Part shown: positions 12,020 to 23,221 of the stretch, one piece after another
Layout of the letters: every line of letters begins with the position of its first letter
How positions within the stretch are numbered: the first letter of the stretch is position 1
Assembly (NCBI RefSeq): GCF_009834535.1
Contig: NC_045697.1
Location: 1,552,001 to 1,616,000 of the forward strand
Origin: Camelus ferus
Lineage: Eukaryota
Direction: 5' to 3'
DNA: 64,000 bases
Position numbers and translations under genes: made by a program
Notes under the pieces: model-generated
The model's input: only the letters and a program-made list of their open reading frames with translations
Databases searched by the model: none
What the model was told of the DNA's origin: nothing

Positions 12020-14300
12020 GTTCGGCACTTGTTGAACATCCAGTGTGTACCGGGCCCTGTGCTGCCCACCAGGACAATGAAAACCAGCTCTTCGCGGGCC
12101 CTGTTTGCAGAGATCCCACAGTCTAAAGAGAAGATGAAATCATAAACTTGAAAAATCAAACCACCGTGATGTACCTTTTCAGAAATTGTAGGTGCGAAGT
12201 AGAGCAGTAACACCGGGGGGCTGTCCGGCCGGTGGGTGATTCTGCAGAGTGGTGAGGCTGGAGTCGGGCTTCAAAGGACATGCCCTGGGGAGACGGGGCA
12301 GCGGGGGGGAGGGGGTGGTCAGGAACTCCTTGAGTAGCTTCTGAGCCCTGAATCAGCTGCTGCTGTCGCGGGCTGACAGCTGGGCGAGCGAGGTGACACT
12401 GCCCCCCAGCGGCTGGCTGCCCCCCCCATCAGGCGTTTGCCCTTTAGCAGGAGGTCCTCAAGACTGAGAAACCTTCCATTTGACTGTTACTTTTCCTCAG
12501 TCCCTTCTCAGCAAAGCAGCTCGTAGTTGGTCACACTTTGTGGAAACTGGCATCCGTGGGAGTGCAGTTTTATCCCTTCCTCACTCCTGCCCCGGGTGGG
12601 GCTTCCCCGCCAGCAACTCCCAGATCAGGTTCCTGCTTTGACCTTGGATCCAGTCCAGACCCGTGTCTTCCCACCTTCACATCCTGAATGTCCGCCCCAG
12701 CCTCACCCTCCACCTTCGTTGCTCTGAGCCCGGTCGGGTCAGTAGACGTGCGGAGCTGTCCAGCTGCCCGGGTGGCGTGGCGGCCCACCCCTCCCTGCAC
12801 TGTGGGCAGCGGGGCTGGGACGGGGTGGGGGCTGCTCTTTGCCCAGCGAGACCCACCTTAGCACTCCCGAAGGGCTTCCCGTGGGCCAGATGAAGCACTG
12901 CACACCTGACACTGGTTTAATTCTTACCACGTCCCCTGGAGGTAGGTATTTCCAAATTAGAGATGAGAAAACTAAAGCACAAGAAGATTGAGCAATTTGC
13001 CTGAGGTCACACAGCTAGTAAAAGGGAGAGCTGGCGTCTGAACCCTCAGCCTGTGCGGCCCAAGGCTGCGAATGGGACGAGAGTTCACATCCAGCTCCGT
13101 CACGGTCCATGCGTCCCAGGGATGGAGCCAAAGATGGCAGTTCTGACTCGAGGGTGGCCACAGACTCAGACGTTGCCCGGACAGTTCAGAGCCCTTTCTC
13201 TCCTGTCCGTCTTCCCGCCATTGCTTCCTGACTCCTCACCCTGTACTAACCGCTTTCAGTGTCATCCTTGCCCCTTCTGGCTCACTCGGCAGATTGTCGC
13301 CACTGGGTCCTTCTAGTAAACTGAGGAGATCATCTCTTCCTGCTGCTTAGAACCCTCTGTGGCTCCCTAGCCCCTTCAGGACAGGAGTCACATGGAGACG
13401 TGGCCCTGCAGCCTGTCGGGTTGGCCACCTGTGCTCTGTCCTGTCCCTTCCCCCTTTGCCCCAGTTGGGCCCTCAGTGTTCTGCCAGACCATCAGCTGCT
13501 CTTGGGAATCCTCCCCAGACCCTCCCACTTGAGCACACAGCCTCACTGCACATTTCTGTGTCCCTGAGGATGTTCCCAGGCAGACCTTTGCTCCCCTGAG
13601 TGGGCCCATCCTCCCGGTGTGCAGACCTGAGTGGGAAAGCTGTGGGCCAGCATCAGCAGGTGCTGGGGCAGCAGGGCCGGGATCCAGGCAGCCCCGCCCT
13701 CGTGAAGCTTGCGTAACGTGAGGAAGGCAGAGTGAAACCCATAGGTTACAAGTGGGTCTTCAGTTACAACTGTGGTGAGGGCTGAGAGGGACAATTACGG
13801 ATTTTAGTGTGTTTGATGGGAGGGCCCACCTGGGTCTCGGGTGTTGGGTGGTGAGAGCAAAGGCAGTGATGGTTTTTCCAAGGAAGTGCTATCTAGGCTG
13901 TGGCCGGGAGGATAACCCAGGTCAGCAAGGTCAGGGGCTGAGGTTAGGATGTTCTGGAGTGTGGACACAGCGTGGGCATGTCGTGGGTCAAGAAGTAGCC
14001 CGAAGTCTGAGGACCAAGGGAGGACCCGTGTATCCTGGGGCGTGGCGGGCAGGAGGGTCATGGACAGGCCGGGCCACGTGCAGGACTTTGGATTTTATGT
14101 CAGAGCAGCGGGAGCCACTGGCACAGCCTAAGCAGGGGAGTGACACACCCTCACTTACACCCAGAAAGCTACCCCGGTGCTACAGGGGGAGATGGCGTCA
14201 GGAATCGGGGCGGAGGCAGGGGGCTGTGAGGTGGGGCTGAGGGAGGGCGGGCCGAAGGTGCCCGGGTGTGTGCAGGGAGCAGCCGACAGCTAGTCACTTC
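12020..14300. repeat. Cluster of L2 fragments in both orientations (~12020-12290, ~13240-13560, ~13600-14300)
   Basis: ttcggcacttgttgaacatccagtgtgtaccgggccctgtgctg; cctgcttagaaccctctgtggctccc; ggactttggattttatgtcagagcagcgggagccactgg. Confidence 0.55.
12895..13050 (-). repeat. MIR SINE
   Basis: gatgagaaaactaaagcaca..aatttgcctgaggtcacacagctagtaa is the reverse of the MIR core. Confidence 0.8.
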
Positions 14301-14835
14301 ACGAATATGTGGACCGCAACTTCAGACAAGGGTCTGCCCCGGGGCGGGAGGGGAGTGGTTCAGAGCTCAGCGTAAAATCCATCCTTCTTCAGGCCTGTAC
14401 TGCACTTTGCCCAAGTGTGAGAGAACAGTGTAAGAGTTTGCCATTTTTATCAGTGATCCCGAAGTTGTCTTTTTAGCAGCGATCTTGAAAATGTCAGGTG
14501 AGAACCAGCCGTAGGAACAGGTCTCATGCAAACGGGCCTCGTGTGCAGTGTGACCAGGGAGGAGTGTTAGAAGTGACCGAGTTGTCTGAAGTCTGTTGGA
14601 TCGATTCCACGAGCACCAATTGCGTTTAAGACCTACGTCTGGTTCACGTCTGCCGCGCCGCGTGCAGCCTCGCAGGTGACCCAGGGAGCGCTCCTCGAGG
14701 TGTGTTCAGCCGCGACGCTGGTTTGCGGCAAGCCTACCCCACAAGGTTTCAGCAATGACTTGTCTGTTTCTAGTTTAACTGCTCAGGTAAACAGAATATA
14801 AATTTTGATATGTGATTAGAACTTTTTTTTTGTAG

Positions 14836-15034
14836 GCTTTACCGCCAGCACCTGTTCAGAATCACACAAATAAGCATCAGGTATTCAGTGCATCTCTTCA
14901 AGACCATATTTACCCGAGCTGTTTTGGGAGTGCTCCAGAGTGGAATAGTTCTAAATTTATAAGTCTTTGGGGATCAGAAGTGATGAATGATAAGAACTGG
15001 AACCCTGGCGCGTTCTTGCCAGATACAGTTTCTG
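14836..15034 (+). CDS. FAM193A: FAM193A coding exon (ALPPAPVQNHTNKHQV...NWNPGAFLPDTVS), 199 nt; not in the ORF track
   Basis: Acceptor tttttttttgTAG|, donor CTG|GTAAGG. Open frame, phase 0/1. Confidence 0.94.
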
Positions 15035-15682
15035 GTAAGGAACTTGTTAACACTTTCTTAAAGTTTAAACTGGCCTGAGCTGTGTGGATTGCGTCCCCGT
15101 CCCTGTCCTTTCTGGGAGGGGCCCTGGAGTGGCCGAGCCTAGGCTGCTGCTTCCCCTCGCCCCGCCTCTGGTGGGGGACCCCGGGCCCGCCCCCTCTCAT
15201 CTGCCGCCAGTCAGGCCCCACTGCACCGACCAGCAGAGCGAGTGCAGCCGCTGGCCAGCCAGGCCTGTGGACGCTGGGTCCCTCCCGTCCCAGGGCTGCT
15301 GGGCGTCTTGTCTCCAGGGTTGGCGTTCGGCCTTTGGTCCTCGAGCAGCGGTAGCAACTGGACCTCAGCCTGGGGCACTGGGGTGGCGCGGCCTGAACAC
15401 TGTGACTTAATGCTCCTTTTCTCTCTTTCTGTATTGACTGACCCCCCCCCACCCCACAATGGGATCTGTCCCCTCTAACAAGCACCTTCCTCCCAGCTGC
15501 CTCCGCTGCTGAGATGTGGCTGTCTCTTCAGTAGCAGGGTAGGGCACACCTGAAAAGGGGCTGGTACCTGTGCCTCTTCTCTGTTTCATGTGATTAGAGC
15601 CCCTGAGGGCCCCACACCCACCCCTGCATGTGCTCAGAACAGCAAGCTAGACTTGACATCTGGTCTGTGCTTGGAAAGAGTT

Positions 15683-15855
15683 TCTAGCTGTGTGACCTTG
15701 GGCAAGTTGCTTAGCCTCTCTGAGCCTCAGTTTCTTCATCTTTAGCATACGAATAATAGTACTAAGCTCAGAAAGTAGTGTTAAGACATTAAATCAAATG
15801 ACTTTTGGAGAGCACCCAGCACAGGAATTAGCACACAGTAGGGGCTCAGTACATT
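15683..15855 (+). repeat. MIR SINE
   Basis: ctagctgtgtgaccttgggcaagttgcttagcctctctgagcctcagtttcttcatct is the MIR core. Confidence 0.88.
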
Positions 15856-15992
15856 TTTTCCTGGATGAGAACCAGCCAACTCACATGGTCCCAGCCCCAG
15901 GGTTCATAGTCCAGGCAGCGGGTGTCCTTTAGGTTTTAGCTGAATGCTAGCTATGTCTTTGAGAAGCTTAATTTTCCCATTCTTCTCTGAAG

Positions 15993-16265
15993 GGAGTGAT
16001 ATGTTAGGGCCAGCACTCTCAGAAACAAGACCTGAAGCCCTTCCACCTCCATCTAGTGGTGAAACACCTGCAGTTTCGGAGAGTAAGGAGAAAAAAAATG
16101 CTGCAAAAAAGAAGTGTTTGTACAATTTCCAAGATGCTTTTATGGAAGCGAACAAAGTTGTGATGGCCACCTCGTCAGCCACCTCCTCCGTGTCCTGCAC
16201 GGCCACCACGGTGCAGTCCAGCAACAGCCAGTTCAAGGTGTCATCCAAGAGACCGCCTTCCCTAG
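15993..16265 (+). CDS. FAM193A: FAM193A coding exon (GSDMLGPALSE...KKKCLYNFQDAFMEAN...KRPPSL), 273 nt
   Basis: Acceptor ttcttctctgaAG|, donor TAG|GTAAGG. Phase 1/1. Confidence 0.95.
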
Positions 16266-17575
16266 GTAAGGCCCCAGCTCGCGGGACCCCCAGGATCGGC
16301 TGGCTCTGGGTATCTGCTGCTGCTTCCTGGCCAGAGACGTCAGTGCAGCTGAACAGCCGGGAGTGCTCACACACCACGAGCGTGTCCTCGGGGCTCTGTT
16401 AGGGTTTTCCTGTGTCACATCACTCTCTCCGGGGCCTTGTCACACTGTCCTGCCTTTGCTCTCTGCACTTGCTGTTCTGTGATGGGAAGAGGCCATTGCT
16501 CTGTGGGCACGTGGAGAGGGGCTGATGGGGCTGCTGCCTGGCCTGGATGTGGCCCTGCTGCCACTCGGACCCTTGTGTGGGGGTGACGTCACTGTCCCAC
16601 TGGTCAGAGCTCAGGGAGCAGTCAGAGACCAGTGACAGATGGCAGGGGATCTGGGAACGGGATCCAAGAGGCCTCGCCAGCCAAGGTTAGGCCAGTGTGA
16701 GCATCAGAGGTGACAGAGTGGGTTGTGGCACACAGCCCAGTCAGGGTCCCCGAGGCGCTCGAGGTGGGGCGGGAGAGCTCTTCTCCAGAGACGCTGGCCG
16801 CTGCCACACGTTTGCAGGGACCACGGCCAGGCAGTGTCGTCAGTGGGGGTGGGGACACTGGGTGCCAGTTCAGGGAGTGCGGCACCCCTGGGCGGCCGGC
16901 AGATGACCACGGAAGATAAGGTGCCCGTCACTGCAGGCGTCTGGCCAGCCGCCCCTGCACAGCTGGCCACATGTAGCCTCACCGACAGGAGCAGGCATGT
17001 TCGGTGCCTCCTGTGCAGTCAGGTGGGAAGAGCCCGCAGAACTGCAGCTCTGCAAAGTTCGTGCCTGAAACATCCCAGACAAATCTAACCCGAGACTATA
17101 AATCCAAAGTTGTGGACAGCTGGCCTCGGGTGACAAAATGTCAGGGTTGTGGAAGGAAAAAAGAAAGTTTAGAAGAGGTGGGTTGGGGGGAAAGCTGCAC
17201 AGGACACGTGGGGAGACAGGAGGAGTGCACCAGCCGAGACACCACATCAACGTTAATGTCCCGTGTGGCGAAAACAGCAAAGTGTGCGCATCCTAGGAGT
17301 CCAGGCTGGAGCGTTTAGGAGTGAGTGAGTGTAGCTAGCTTCCAAATGTTGAGCCAAAAACAAGTGTGAGTGTGAGAGAGAAATAAAGTAAATGTAATGA
17401 ATATGAAATCGGGATGAATCCAGGTGAAGGGTGCGTGCGTGTTCTTGGTACGATACCTTCAGGTTTTCTGAGATTTGAACATTTTCAGACCACGAGCTGG
17501 TAAAAGAGTTTTAAGTCGGGAGCGCGAAAGTCTCCTGCCTGGGCTGTTGCGGTGACTCCCGTGTGTCTGACGCAG

Positions 17576-17858
17576 GTGAGGTCTTCCACGGCGTCAACAA
17601 GGAGGACCACAGGCACGGGGTGCCAGCCGCCCCCAGGAACAGCCCCACCGGTTTGGCACCGCTGCCCGCTCTCACCCCCGCCGCCCTCCCGCCAGCCTCC
17701 ACGCCTCACCTTGCAAATCTTGCAGCCCCATCCTTCCCCAAAACTGCCACCACCTCTCCCGGGTTTGTGGATTCGCGCAAGAGCTTCTGTCCTGCTCCTG
17801 TGGCACCCCCGCCCCCCACCACAGACAGCTCCATGAGCGCACCTCCCAGCGTCTGCAG
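17576..17858 (+). CDS. FAM193A: FAM193A coding exon (GEVFHGVNKEDHRH...SAPPSVC), 283 nt
   Basis: Acceptor ctgacgCAG|, donor CAG|GTGAGC. Phase 1/2. Confidence 0.93.
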
Positions 17859-18303
17859 GTGAGCCGGGCCCTGCTGGGGAAGGCTGGGAGCACTGTGGGT
17901 GTGGGCGCCGCGCCTGGGTCCGTGCAGCGGGGCGGGGGCTCCAGTCTCTGCCCCAGCTCTGCGGAGCCAGGCCACCGCGGACCGCACTCTGACCACCACC
18001 GGACCGCCAGCCGCGTCAGTCGGGGGCGGGCCTGGGTGTTTGGAGTCGTATTTGTTTTACCTTGATCAAAAAGCAACACAGTGAGCACTCAGCAGGGTTT
18101 TTTTTTAAAGGCAGTTTTTGTTACTTTGGGACTCCCTCTTAGGAGCCCCCAGGATGGAGCGGCAGTGGGAGGGACAGTGGAGGGACCGCGTGCTGACAGC
18201 CCCCAGGTCTGCTCGCGGTCGCCGGGGGGCCGGTCGGGAGGACGTGTCACCCCGGGTGGGGGGCTGCTTGCTGATGGTGCCTGCGCGGTGTGCTCTTTTG
18301 CAG

Positions 18304-18487
18304 TGACCCCGACTGCGAGGGGCACCGCTGCGAGAACGGTGTCTACGACCCGCAGCAGGACGACGGGGACGAGAGCGCGGACGAGGACAGCTGCTCCGAG
18401 CACAGCTCCAGCACCTCGACCTCCACCAACCAGAAGGAGGGCAAGTACTGCGACTGCTGCTACTGTGAGTTCTTCGGGCACGGCGGG
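18304..18487 (+). CDS. FAM193A: FAM193A coding exon (SDPDCEGHRCENG...YCDCCYCEFFGHGG), 184 nt
   Basis: Acceptor ctcttttgCAG|, donor GGG|GTAAGT. Contains the CDCCYCEFFGH motif of the FAM193 family. Phase 2/0. Confidence 0.96.
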
Positions 18488-19611
18488 GTAAGTGCCGGCC
18501 TCGGCGCCGCGGGGCCTCGGCGGGTCCCGGGGCACCGCGCTCGTGCCTAGATGCACGCGGTGGCTGCTTGTAAACTGCAGGGTTTACAGTTATCTAAGTT
18601 TACGTTAGAATTGTAAGGCATGCAAGCCTCTTGGCAAGAATAATACACAGGTTGAATTCAGGGTCTGGTTGTATCGTGTGTGAAGCTGTGTTTGCATTGT
18701 GGTTAAAATCAAGATACGGTCGAAAGCAGCGGCTCCACTCCTAGCTTGTACTGACCCTAAAGAAATAATGAAAAATGTTTGCCCAAAGGTTCCGTTATAA
18801 GGGTCTCATCACTGCATTTTTGCATGTGTTTGTGATTTTTTTAAATCGTTGAGGGAGGGGCCTACTAGCTCTCTGGGCGCAGAAGTAGTTGAGCTCTGCG
18901 GTGGACAGCCGTGCGGATAGGGCTGGGCCCGTGGTCTAGCGAGCTTGACCAGAGTGTGTGGGGACGCGCCGCTGCCTGCGCCTCCCCCCGGGGCGGTCAT
19001 GCCGCCCGTGCAAGCAGGTGTCAGCCCCAGTGCTGGGGCGGGCGGCGGGCGGAGCCAGGGCTGGTGGCGGGGTTCTTTCTCTACTTTGGTTCTGTCCGTG
19101 CTTCCTGATAGACACGTGCACTTGCTGGTAGTAGTCGGTGAGAAGCTTTGGCAGTGGGATCGGGGCTGATTGTTTCTTCTCGGCACTGATAGGAAACCTG
19201 CAAGTGGGTGGAAAGACACTGCAGGTGCTTGTTGGCGTGAAAAGACGTGGGAAATGCGTTCACTAGTGCTTGTAATTGCTCCTTTCTCAGTTTAAAAATA
19301 GCCGTTGTGTACACAGTTGTACACGCCCTGCATTAAAGATCTATGTTCGTGGAGGGTCTGTGTTCAGATCTTTCATGAACATAGAAGCTTGACAGATTAC
19401 TGCCGGAATACTTACTGCCTCTGGGCAACTTGGTGGCAGGTTTTTCTTTTTCCTGCCGTTTGTTTCTTATTTATTTACTTTTCATGATGAACAGGTATTA
19501 CTTGAATAATAAGAAAAATTCATTTTTAATTTTATGCTCTGAGATTTGTTGTATTCAAAATCATTAAAACTTGAAACTTAACTTAGTTACATTTTTGTTT
19601 AATTGTCTTAG

Positions 19612-19959
<348 letters not shown>

Positions 19960-22248
19960 TGAAACAAGCCGCCGGGGCCGTGTGCTGCTGGCCGGGGAGG
20001 CGGCAGGGCCTCCGCTCGGTCTTGGAAGGACTTTCTTCCCCAGGGAGGTAGAGGAAGGAGCCCTCGGTTGTTGAGGTCGGGGGCGGTGTGGGTTTCCAGA
20101 GACTGGGTGGAGGATTGACTCTGAGCCCAGCTGGGACCCGGCCCTTGGCTTCCCCTGGACCCTGGCCTGGGTGGCCCCTGTTGGCAGAGGAGGATCAGGC
20201 AGTGCTGTTCCAGAAGAGGACCTGCACGTGCGTTGATGTCGAGGGTGAGGGAGTGCAATGACCAGCTCTCGTGGGCCGTTCCCACCTCGCCAGAGGGCGT
20301 GGGAAGTCCCCAAAGCAAAGAGCTACCGGCACGAGCCAGGTTGGCCCGGCGCTGGACCGCAGCTGGGCCTGTGGCTAGTGAGCGCACGTGTCGTTCCTGA
20401 AGGCGTCGAGAGTGTCGGGAGAGGTGGCTCCGCTAGAGTTCTCTGGGAGGGCTTCCACGGGCCCCTGCAGTGGAGCAGTATCGGAGAGCTTCCTGTTTCA
20501 GCCACGGAAAGATTAGAGACGCCAGGCTGCAAGAGCTGCCTCAGCGGGCAGGCCTGGGGGGGACTCGGAGGGTCACGGGGGTTCTGGCAGTAGGATGGGT
20601 TGCTCTGGGTGGAGGTGAGGCCCTTGCCAAGTCAGAGGTCAGAGGAGGAGGTGGCATGCCCACAGTGGGCTGGAGGTCAGGCTGCATGTGTTGCTTCCAA
20701 CTTAGCTCTTTGTGGTTGAAAACTAGTTGTGTTTGTTGTACTGAGTGCAGTAGCCGTCAGGAGGCCTGCTTGTACCTCACAGCCCTGAGGGAGGTCTGGA
20801 CCTGCTCTCAGGTCTAATTAGGGGGCTTCGAAGGAGAGGCCTGCTTCTGCCCCAGGACATCTGGGTTTGCCAAGCCCTGCTGGCCCGGGGCGGGGGGACC
20901 TTCAGCATCAGGGTCCCAGGGGGCCCGAGGCCCTGGAGACTTCCCTCTGGGATTGGTTGGAGACTCAGGACGCATTTCGGGACTGCCCTCCGCTGGACTC
21001 CTGTCCTTTGTCCTTCAGGCCGTCTGATCCAAATGATGCTACAGCAGCCCCGACAGCCTTGCCACATCCCCCCCCCCCCCCGCTTCCACGCGCCCCCGGG
21101 TGCTCTCTCCTTGCACGGCACTTGCAGAGCGACCCGCAAACCTGCGCACATCTTGATGGCTGGCTGGTTGTTGGAATGAAGGCAGCACACCTGGGCTTTG
21201 GGTTCCCTTTGTGGCGGGTTCAGCCCAGACTGTGCTGTGGGAGGCACGTGGCAGGAGCTGTCTGTCAGGTGCCGCCTCCCGAGAGGCTTCCCTCTAGCAG
21301 ACGGAGCAGGATTTCATATAATTGTTACTTGAGTTGTCACATCGGGTGTTTTAAAAACCTGTCATTAAAATCTTAACCTAATTTTATATTTAAGTCTTTA
21401 AACATAAAGACAAGTAAATTCTCTCTCGAGACTGCCTACTGAAATATTGTGGAAAAAAATTTAAATTTGGAAGGACTGTTACATTTTCCCATGCAAAATG
21501 TTTCTGCCAAAGATTCTTAGGAGCACGAGCCTTATGGAGCTCAGTGACGGAGGAGCCAGTCTCTGGTTTTTTATTTGTTTTCTAAACAGAAGGAATCGTT
21601 CCATTTATGCCCCTGGACTATGTTGTCACCAATAAAACACGACTTGCACTTGAGGAGAAAATTGATTTCCTGCTGATTTGGACAGCAGGAACAACCATTA
21701 TGTGTTTGCCTTTCCTGTGCTGAATATTTTAGGAAGCCACTTGCTCTGTCACAGTAGCGAAAATATGTTGGGAATTCTGTCTGCGGGTGGGAAAAGGAGT
21801 TTCGAAGTTTCTGGTGCCCCTTTCCTCTGTGTCCTCCCGACCCTTGTGAGCACGTCAGCACCAGCCACCACCTGCCCGGGTGCCTGCGGAGCCCTGGTGG
21901 CGCCCGTGAGGCCGTGTGACCGCTGTCCGTCCAGGGCGGCACCCCCGCCGCACTCGCACGTGGAGAGCCCTGCGGCGAGAGCGGAGCAGCGGCCCCGACC
22001 TTGTTTCCTGTGCCTTTCTGTGAACTGCCGCCCCCGCCGTCAGGAGGGCGTGAGGACAGCAAGTCTGACGGTTCCGTGGAGTGGAGTGACTTGGCGTAGT
22101 TGCGTTTAAGCTTAGCCCCTTGGTAGCCCTTTTCCAAGTGTGTATTCTTACATGGTTCATTTTTTGAATTCACCTTGCTTTTCTGTGCTTCTTAGTGTTC
22201 AGAGCACTTACTGTTGTCTCACGTTGCCTTCTCCCTTCGCACCGGCAG

Positions 22249-23095
22249 CTGGAGGAGAAGGCGCGCCTTGAGGCAGAGGCCCGGGCCCGGGAGCACCTGC
22301 ACCTGCGGGAGGAGCGGCGGCGGCGGGAGGAGGAGGAGGAGCGGCTCCAGGAGGAGTTTCAGCGGCTCCAGGAGCTTCAGAAGCTGAGAGCCGCGAAGAA
22401 GAAGAAGAAGGAGAGGCCGAGTAAGGACTACCCCAAGCTGGACATGCTTGCTGGAGGTCTCCAGGCCGCCGCGGAGCCCGTGCCCTCCTCTGAGAGCATC
22501 CTCAACGGCTCCCTGGAGCCGACCGAAGACCCAGAGACCTCATCCCACTCCCCCTCCAGACACGCGGACCACACAGAGCCCAGGCCAGGGCCGGGGGCCG
22601 GCGGGGACACCAGCGACCCTGCCGACGCCAGGGACTCCAAGCTCCTCCTCCCGAAGGAGGCCAGCGGGAAGCGGCAGGAGCCTCTGTCCTTCCTGCTCGA
22701 CGTGATGCATCAGCACAGAGAGGGGCCCGGCAGACAGAAGCTGAAGCAGGCCAGCAAGGCCCCTGGCGAGCCGGCCAGGAAGGCCCTGGAGCACCCCAGG
22801 GCCTTGGAGCCCCCGCCCAGGCCCCGGCCCCAGGCCGAGTCCAAGGCTAAAGTGCTGGACCTGGCCCCGCTGGCGGAGCAGAAGAGGGAGGAGAGGAAAG
22901 CCAACAGCAACAACAACAACAGGAAGCAGCTGAACCACGTCAGGGAGGGGAAGTCCAGCCCCAGCCCCGCTGAGCCCACTGCCCCCGCCGAGCACTCGCC
23001 GGGCGGCAAGCCGGTGCCCGCAGACTCCCCGCAGCCCAAGGGCAAGAGCAAGAAGAACAAGAAGAAGAAGGGAGACAGAGCCAGCAGCTCAATCG
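22249..23095 (+). CDS. FAM193A: FAM193A large coding exon (LEEKARLEAE coiled coil ... KKNKKKKGDRASSSI), 847 nt
   Basis: Acceptor cttctcccttcgcaccggCAG|, donor TCG|GTAAAT. Lies within ORF 22195..23238. Phase 0/1. Confidence 0.95.
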
Positions 23096-23221
23096 GTAAA
23101 TGCAGAGCGGCGCCCGTCCGTCCCTCCTGGAGGTTGGGTGCGGCCCTGGGGGGCGTGCGCTTTGCGCTGTTGGTGGCCTGTGCGCCAGCGGTGGGGACAG
23201 ATCGCCGCTGTCAATTGTGTT

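Noticed and set aside
14774..14835. Micro-exon or upstream acceptors before exon 14836
   Set aside because: The offsets (62, 49, 41 nt) are out of frame, and the implied 49-nt intron is too short.
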